From Thermoproteota archaeon (lineage in GTDB: Archaea > Korarchaeota > Korarchaeia > Korarchaeales > Korarchaeaceae), in assembly GCA_015522685.1 (NCBI GenBank), contig WALU01000049.1:1-64000 (forward strand): 64,000 nt of DNA, read 5' to 3'. The stretch's first letter is position 1. Each line of letters begins with the position of its first letter. Shown here piece by piece: positions 59,904 to 64,000 of this stretch. The position numbers and the translations under genes are program-made. The notes beneath the pieces were generated by a model that did not search any database, was not told the origin of the DNA, and saw only the letters and a program-made list of their open reading frames with translations.

Positions 59904-60114
59904 AAACTTAGTTGAGACTTTTACAATATAAATATAGCCGAAAAATAACTTTATTATTCATTTTGGGATAGATATATCGAATCATAGTTATTATAATTGT
60001 GATAACGTAATTGTCATATATAATTTATCATATGTTAATTAGTCTTTATGTTTTCGGAAGTCATTAGCCAATTGTATACAAAGGGTTATAATCGAGGATT
60101 GGACCATTTAGTGT

Positions 60115-60252
60115 ATGAGTTGTGAAGAGGATGATAATTTCGTAGAAGAACAGCCAGAAGATGAATTTGCTCTAGAAGAGCTAATGTTCCCTGAGAGGTC
60201 TAAATGTAGGAAGAAAGGTAGTAGGAAGAGGGATAAGTTTGTAGCTCGGTGA
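60115..60252 (+). CDS. 45-aa small protein, acidic N-half and basic C-half (absent from ORF track)
   Basis: MSCEEDDNFVEEQPEDEFALEELMFPERSKCRKKGSRKRDKFVAR; TTATAA about 25 nt upstream. Confidence 0.5.
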   Translation: MSCEEDDNFVEEQPEDEFALEELMFPERSKCRKKGSRKRDKFVAR

Positions 60253-60394
60253 AAGTCCAAGGATCTTGTTGGTCTCTGCTCTTCTCTTTGTTAGTATACC
60301 GTGATGATATCATTTGATGGAATTTGTCACATGGGTATTCTATATTGGATAAGAGATAGTTTTATTAATCTGGGTTTTTAGGGAGTAGTCAGGA

Positions 60395-61456
60395 ATGAAA
60401 CAAGAAAGTCTTCTAGATAGTTTGAAAGCATATAGAGAGGTAGCAATCACATACAAGGGACAAAGAATCCTCGATTCAAAACTTGCTAAGATTTTGGAGG
60501 ACATAGATAAGAAAGGCTCTATTCTCTCTGCTGCCAAATCACAGGGAGTATCTTATTCGTGGGTTTGGAACAAAATTAATGAAATGGAAGAACTATTAGG
60601 AGAAAAGGTAGTCTGTGTGAAGAGAGGAGGTCATAGAGGGGGAGGGGCCTCCTTAACAGATACTGGGAGGCTCGTTTTAGATTTTTATAATCAATCATCA
60701 GCTAAAGGTTATAGAAGGCCCTCTAAATCTAAAGCTGAAACTAAGGAGGATAATACAGTATTTGGTGGGGGGTATGACCCTATCATAGAGGCTCTCCTAA
60801 AGCAATATGCCAGTGAAATAGAGTTTCAGTGGACAGGGTCCCTTACAGCTTTAACAGGTCTTCTTGCAGGTACAGTAGATATTGCTGGTATACATTTATA
60901 TGATCCAGAGACAGGTACTTTTAATATCCCTTACGTGAGGAGGCTCTGGCTATCCGATTCCCTTATAGTGATGAGAGGATTTGAAAGAGAAATAGGCCTC
61001 ATATTCAGGCCTGAGCTGGATGTATCCTTTCCATCGGAGATAATAGAGAAGGGGCTTCGATATGTTAACCTAATCAAAGGTCATGGAGCCAGAGTACTTG
61101 CCGACTGTCTTCTAAGGATGAGTGTTAGGATGCTAGGTCATAGTGATCCCAATTTGGAGAAGTTGATAAGGGGATACGATGTCGAGGTGAGAACGTCATT
61201 TGGGGTAGCCAAGAAGATAGTTAGAGGAGAAGCTGATGTTGGATTCGGCATAAGGAAGGTAGCCGTAGAGTTCGGTTTAGGGTTCAAAAGGTTATTATGG
61301 GAGAATTATGATCTTGCAATCCGAAAGGAATCGTTAGGAAAGCTTATGATATCTAAGATAATTGAGATTCTCACATCAGAGAAAGCAAAGAGTATGATAA
61401 GGAAAAGTGAGGGTTATAGACCTTCACCTGATTTTGGTGCCATTCTCCTTAGATAA
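60395..61456 (+). CDS. ModE-type HTH fused to PBP-like (molybdate/tungstate-binding) domain
   Basis: GSILSAAK..GVSYS, RGG..GGGA.LT; DIAGIHLYD, ADVGFGI, ENYDL. Confidence 0.85.
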   Translation: MKQESLLDSLKAYREVAITYKGQRILDSKLAKILEDIDKKGSILSAAKSQGVSYSWVWNKINEMEELLGEKVVCVKRGGHRGGGASLTDTGRLVLDFYNQSSAKGYRRPSKSKAETKEDNTVFGGGYDPIIEALLKQYASEIEFQWTGSLTALTGLLAGTVDIAGIHLYDPETGTFNIPYVRRLWLSDSLIVMRGFEREIGLIFRPELDVSFPSEIIEKGLRYVNLIKGHGARVLADCLLRMSVRMLGHSDPNLEKLIRGYDVEVRTSFGVAKKIVRGEADVGFGIRKVAVEFGLGFKRLLWENYDLAIRKESLGKLMISKIIEILTSEKAKSMIRKSEGYRPSPDFGAILLR

Positions 61457-61501
61457 GACTTAGAGCATTAACTGGGAACATGAACTATAGTTCCCTGTAT
61501 C

Positions 61502-61807
61502 CTACTCGGGAAACATTTCCTCGATATGGCTCGTATCAGGGTTCCAAACTTTCAATTTTATCCCCTTTTTCTCCTTAGGTTCTATCATAAGATATCTCTT
61601 GGAAGTTTTGGTGGGTATTATAAAGTACTCATCCACTCTACCACTCTTATGGTAAAGTACTAGTTTATACTTATTCTCTGTCCTTTCTTTCGTTTCTAGG
61701 TCTCTATACTCTATGAGAGCGAACTGACCTCTGGAGACTATTGTCCTTATTTCCTTCTTTCCCTTCCTACTTATCGTTATTGCCTTCTCCACAGACATAC
61801 CCATCAA
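61502..61807 (-). CDS. hypothetical basic protein
   Basis: about 100-aa ORF in operon; no family recognised. Confidence 0.7.
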   Translation of the reverse strand: MMGMSVEKAITISRKGKKEIRTIVSRGQFALIEYRDLETKERTENKYKLVLYHKSGRVDEYFIIPTKTSKRYLMIEPKEKKGIKLKVWNPDTSHIEEMFPE

Positions 61808-61842
61808 ATATTGCTGTGATAGGAGGATATAATCTTCTCCAT

Positions 61843-62166
61843 TTAGTAACCATAGCCTTCCTCCGTGAAGCCACTTGTCTCTTCCTTTTTGAGATTAAGC
61901 TTCAGCATATCTCCTATTGTCGGTCTTCCTAACTTCTCATACTCTTCCGGAGTTAGTGTTATGGTTACCGCAGGCATTTGAACCTGAGCAACTGGAGTAG
62001 GTAGCTTCATGTACTTCTCCATAGCCCTGACTACTTGAAACATCATAGCTTCCTCCTCGCTCTCAGGAGGAGGTACCTCTTCAACACCTTTAGGCCTGCT
62101 TAGAGAGAGGATTACCCCAGGAGGAGCTTTCCTGACTTCAGTCACTTCTAAATAAAGTTCTAACAT
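61843..62166 (-). CDS. arcadin-1-like protein
   Basis: PPPESEEEAMMFQVVRAM..ITLTPEEYEKLGRPTIGD resembles arcadin-1 by eye. Confidence 0.55.
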   Translation of the reverse strand: MLELYLEVTEVRKAPPGVILSLSRPKGVEEVPPPESEEEAMMFQVVRAMEKYMKLPTPVAQVQMPAVTITLTPEEYEKLGRPTIGDMLKLNLKKEETSGFTEEGYGY

Positions 62167-62238
62167 TATAACCCCTTTTTTGAGTTGCATACATTAATAA
62201 TGTTTGATCCTCCATTTCTTCAGTAGTCGCTATGAGCA

Positions 62239-62760
62239 TTAAGCTTTTCGAGGTAATGGAGGAAGGTACCTCATCCTCCTTCCCTCCCCTATTATCGCCT
62301 CAGCTAGCTCTCTAGGACTGTTATAACCTCTTGTATAGTCTCCTCTGGTAGAATAAACTCCTATTATAGGAGGAGCTAGCTGATCTATTAAGGAGATCGC
62401 TTCCTTAGCGCTCCACACAGCCAGCGCCTTGAAAACTCTCTCATCATCAGCTGCTATCTTCCTGAATCCTAGTAAAATAATTGCATCTGGCTTTACAGGC
62501 ATCAGGCATTGAATTCCCTTGACAAGTTCATCTAAACTGTCAGGAACGTATGTAGATGTGTAAGCTATTCTACCGGCAGAGTATGCCACTTTCACACTTG
62601 CTCCAGCCCAAGCCAGTTCCATGAGTTCTTTAGGCATGCTTACTTTCCTCAATGATATTGCAGAGGCTACTCTATATCCAGAACTTGCCAGTATCTTAGT
62701 AAGAGCACCATATAAGTCATTTCTTTTGCTTCCTAAGATTGATACAAGCATCATTTTCAT
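62239..62760 (-). CDS. degenerate MobB-like protein
   Basis: VSILG..GYRVA, AGA, DAIILLGFRK pattern without an intact P-loop. Confidence 0.5.
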   Translation of the reverse strand: MKMMLVSILGSKRNDLYGALTKILASSGYRVASAISLRKVSMPKELMELAWAGASVKVAYSAGRIAYTSTYVPDSLDELVKGIQCLMPVKPDAIILLGFRKIAADDERVFKALAVWSAKEAISLIDQLAPPIIGVYSTRGDYTRGYNSPRELAEAIIGEGRRMRYLPPLPRKA

Positions 62761-63287
62761 CACCCAGGCCATCTCTCGGATGATACAAACTTAGCTAGAG
62801 CCATAAAGACCCCATGCACATATAAATCAGTCCTACTTACCGCCCCTCTCGTGAAAAATCCTATAGCACCTTCTTCCCTCCTTATATTTGCTCTGCCACT
62901 TATTTCAGCCATGAGGTCTCCCAATTCCTTCCCCATGAGGAGCTTAGGAATGAAGCTTCTTGGACATTCAAACCAGCCGCTAGTTCCAGTGTTATAAACT
63001 CTATCCTTTCTCTCTATCCAGACGAACCCGGTACAGTAGTAGCGGCCGGCAAAATAGGATATTCCTCCTTCTATACCCACCCCGAAGTCGGCACCTGTCT
63101 TCATTAAAGAAGCTTTAGCCCTGTTCTTGGCTCCTTCTACTACCAAAGGCCCAATAGGCTCTAGAGGTACTCTGCTATCTACCTTGACTCCTTCTACCTC
63201 AACGATCCAAAATTTAGAGAAAGCACGCTTGGTAGCTTCTATTTTAACGGGGTTTGTGGAACCTACTGCAACCAACAACTTCTCCAT
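62760..63287 (-). CDS. yjjX: inosine/xanthosine triphosphatase (YjjX/DUF84)
   Basis: [26 protein letters not shown]. Confidence 0.92.
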   Translation of the reverse strand: MEKLLVAVGSTNPVKIEATKRAFSKFWIVEVEGVKVDSRVPLEPIGPLVVEGAKNRAKASLMKTGADFGVGIEGGISYFAGRYYCTGFVWIERKDRVYNTGTSGWFECPRSFIPKLLMGKELGDLMAEISGRANIRREEGAIGFFTRGAVSRTDLYVHGVFMALAKFVSSERWPG

Positions 63288-63352
63288 CTCGGATCATAAT
63301 CAATGTACACTTATACTTATTACTACGCACCTCATTAACTCCTGGTGATCAT

Positions 63353-63754
63353 CTGACAGGTGAGATAGAGGCCCAAGTAGAGGAATATCTCAATAAAATG
63401 AATGTGAAATACCGGAAGGAAGAAGGTGCAATCACTTCTCTTTGGAAGGTCGGAGATAAGGAGTATTGGGTTCTCGTATTCATCGGAGACGATTGGGTTG
63501 CTGTTAGAGCAACAATTTTGAGGAAAGATAAGGTTCCACAAAGCGTAGATTTCTTTAAGCAGCTGCTTAAAGCCCATTACAGCCTTGCGGAGGTGAGATA
63601 TGACATGGATGAGGAGGGTAATATAGGATCAAGTAAAACAATACCAGCTACAGGCCTTAATCAAGATATATTCTCAAGCGAGTTCAATTCTATTGTCTTC
63701 GCTATAGACTACTTCAGACAGGAGATAGCTTCTAGGTTTGAGATAAAACTCTAG
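63353..63754 (+). CDS. YbjN-like domain protein
   Basis: size and pattern (LLKAHYSL..RYDMDEEGNI); start uncertain, CTG 63353 follows GGTGA. Confidence 0.6.
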   Translation: MTGEIEAQVEEYLNKMNVKYRKEEGAITSLWKVGDKEYWVLVFIGDDWVAVRATILRKDKVPQSVDFFKQLLKAHYSLAEVRYDMDEEGNIGSSKTIPATGLNQDIFSSEFNSIVFAIDYFRQEIASRFEIKL

Positions 63755-63856
63755 ACTAATCTAAACTAAAATTATTTTCTTCACTTTCATTAGATCTTAT
63801 CTCAAGGATTAACATTTATGGGTAGGGAACTAGTTCAAAGGATTTACCACTATCCT

Positions 63857-64000
63857 CTATCTTTCCTCTATAAACTCATCTACAGCCATTCCAAAATGTC
63901 TAGCCATTCTACCTTCGACGTATGCTAGTATCTTATCTCCAATCTTAGCTTCAGTGACTGATAAAGGAGTTCCATCAGGCCTCATTAGAGGAACAGTCTC
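63857..64000 (-). CDS. 3-dehydroquinate synthase II, C-terminal fragment (runs off window)
   Basis: ETVPLMRPDGTPLSVTEAKIGDKILAYVEGRMARHFGMAVDEFIEER. Confidence 0.8.
   Translation of the reverse strand, partial: ETVPLMRPDGTPLSVTEAKIGDKILAYVEGRMARHFGMAVDEFIEER

Noticed and set aside
280-63577. Many short antisense or nested ORFs in the ORF track (e.g. 359..622, 6782..7246, 11601..12035, 33132..33581)
   Set aside because: Lie opposite or within well-supported genes and show shadow-ORF composition
1-64000. tRNA, rRNA, CRISPR array, integrase or IS element
   Set aside because: None recognised on reading either strand; the 16S-like 10-mer at 35139-35148 is the sRNA guide, not rDNA

Overview
Gene-dense, moderately AT-rich archaeal chromosome segment. 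The gene set and GGTGA/GAGG ribosome-binding sites and TATA promoters point to a thermophilic TACK archaeon, possibly Korarchaeia (inference only). The first 27 nt are Nextera adapter. Recognisable content: nfeD/stomatin, AOR, LysW-dependent lys/arg operon with carAB, XPB-Bax1, two ABC exporters, presenilin-like protease plus HerA-like ATPase, ilvBNC, H+-PPase, guaA, tldD/pmbA, and a Tat-exported fdnGHI-fdhE-fdhD cluster. Features missing from the ORF track that I read directly: lysW, a C/D-box sRNA predicted to guide 16S Cm1402, a 45-aa ORF, a partial DHQ synthase II and several pseudogene remnants. Two best candidates for novelty: (1) a CstA transporter operon with two small paralogous accessory proteins and an asymmetric pair of Get3/ArsA ATPases (one with a natural switch-I D-to-N change), beside a divergently encoded CCDC47-like membrane protein; (2) out-of-frame leader ORFs at the 5' ends of amino-acid biosynthesis operons, notably a Ty1-like CTT-CGG-C +1 frameshift site in carA that could sense arginine. 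All family calls come from motif recognition by eye; no searches were run.
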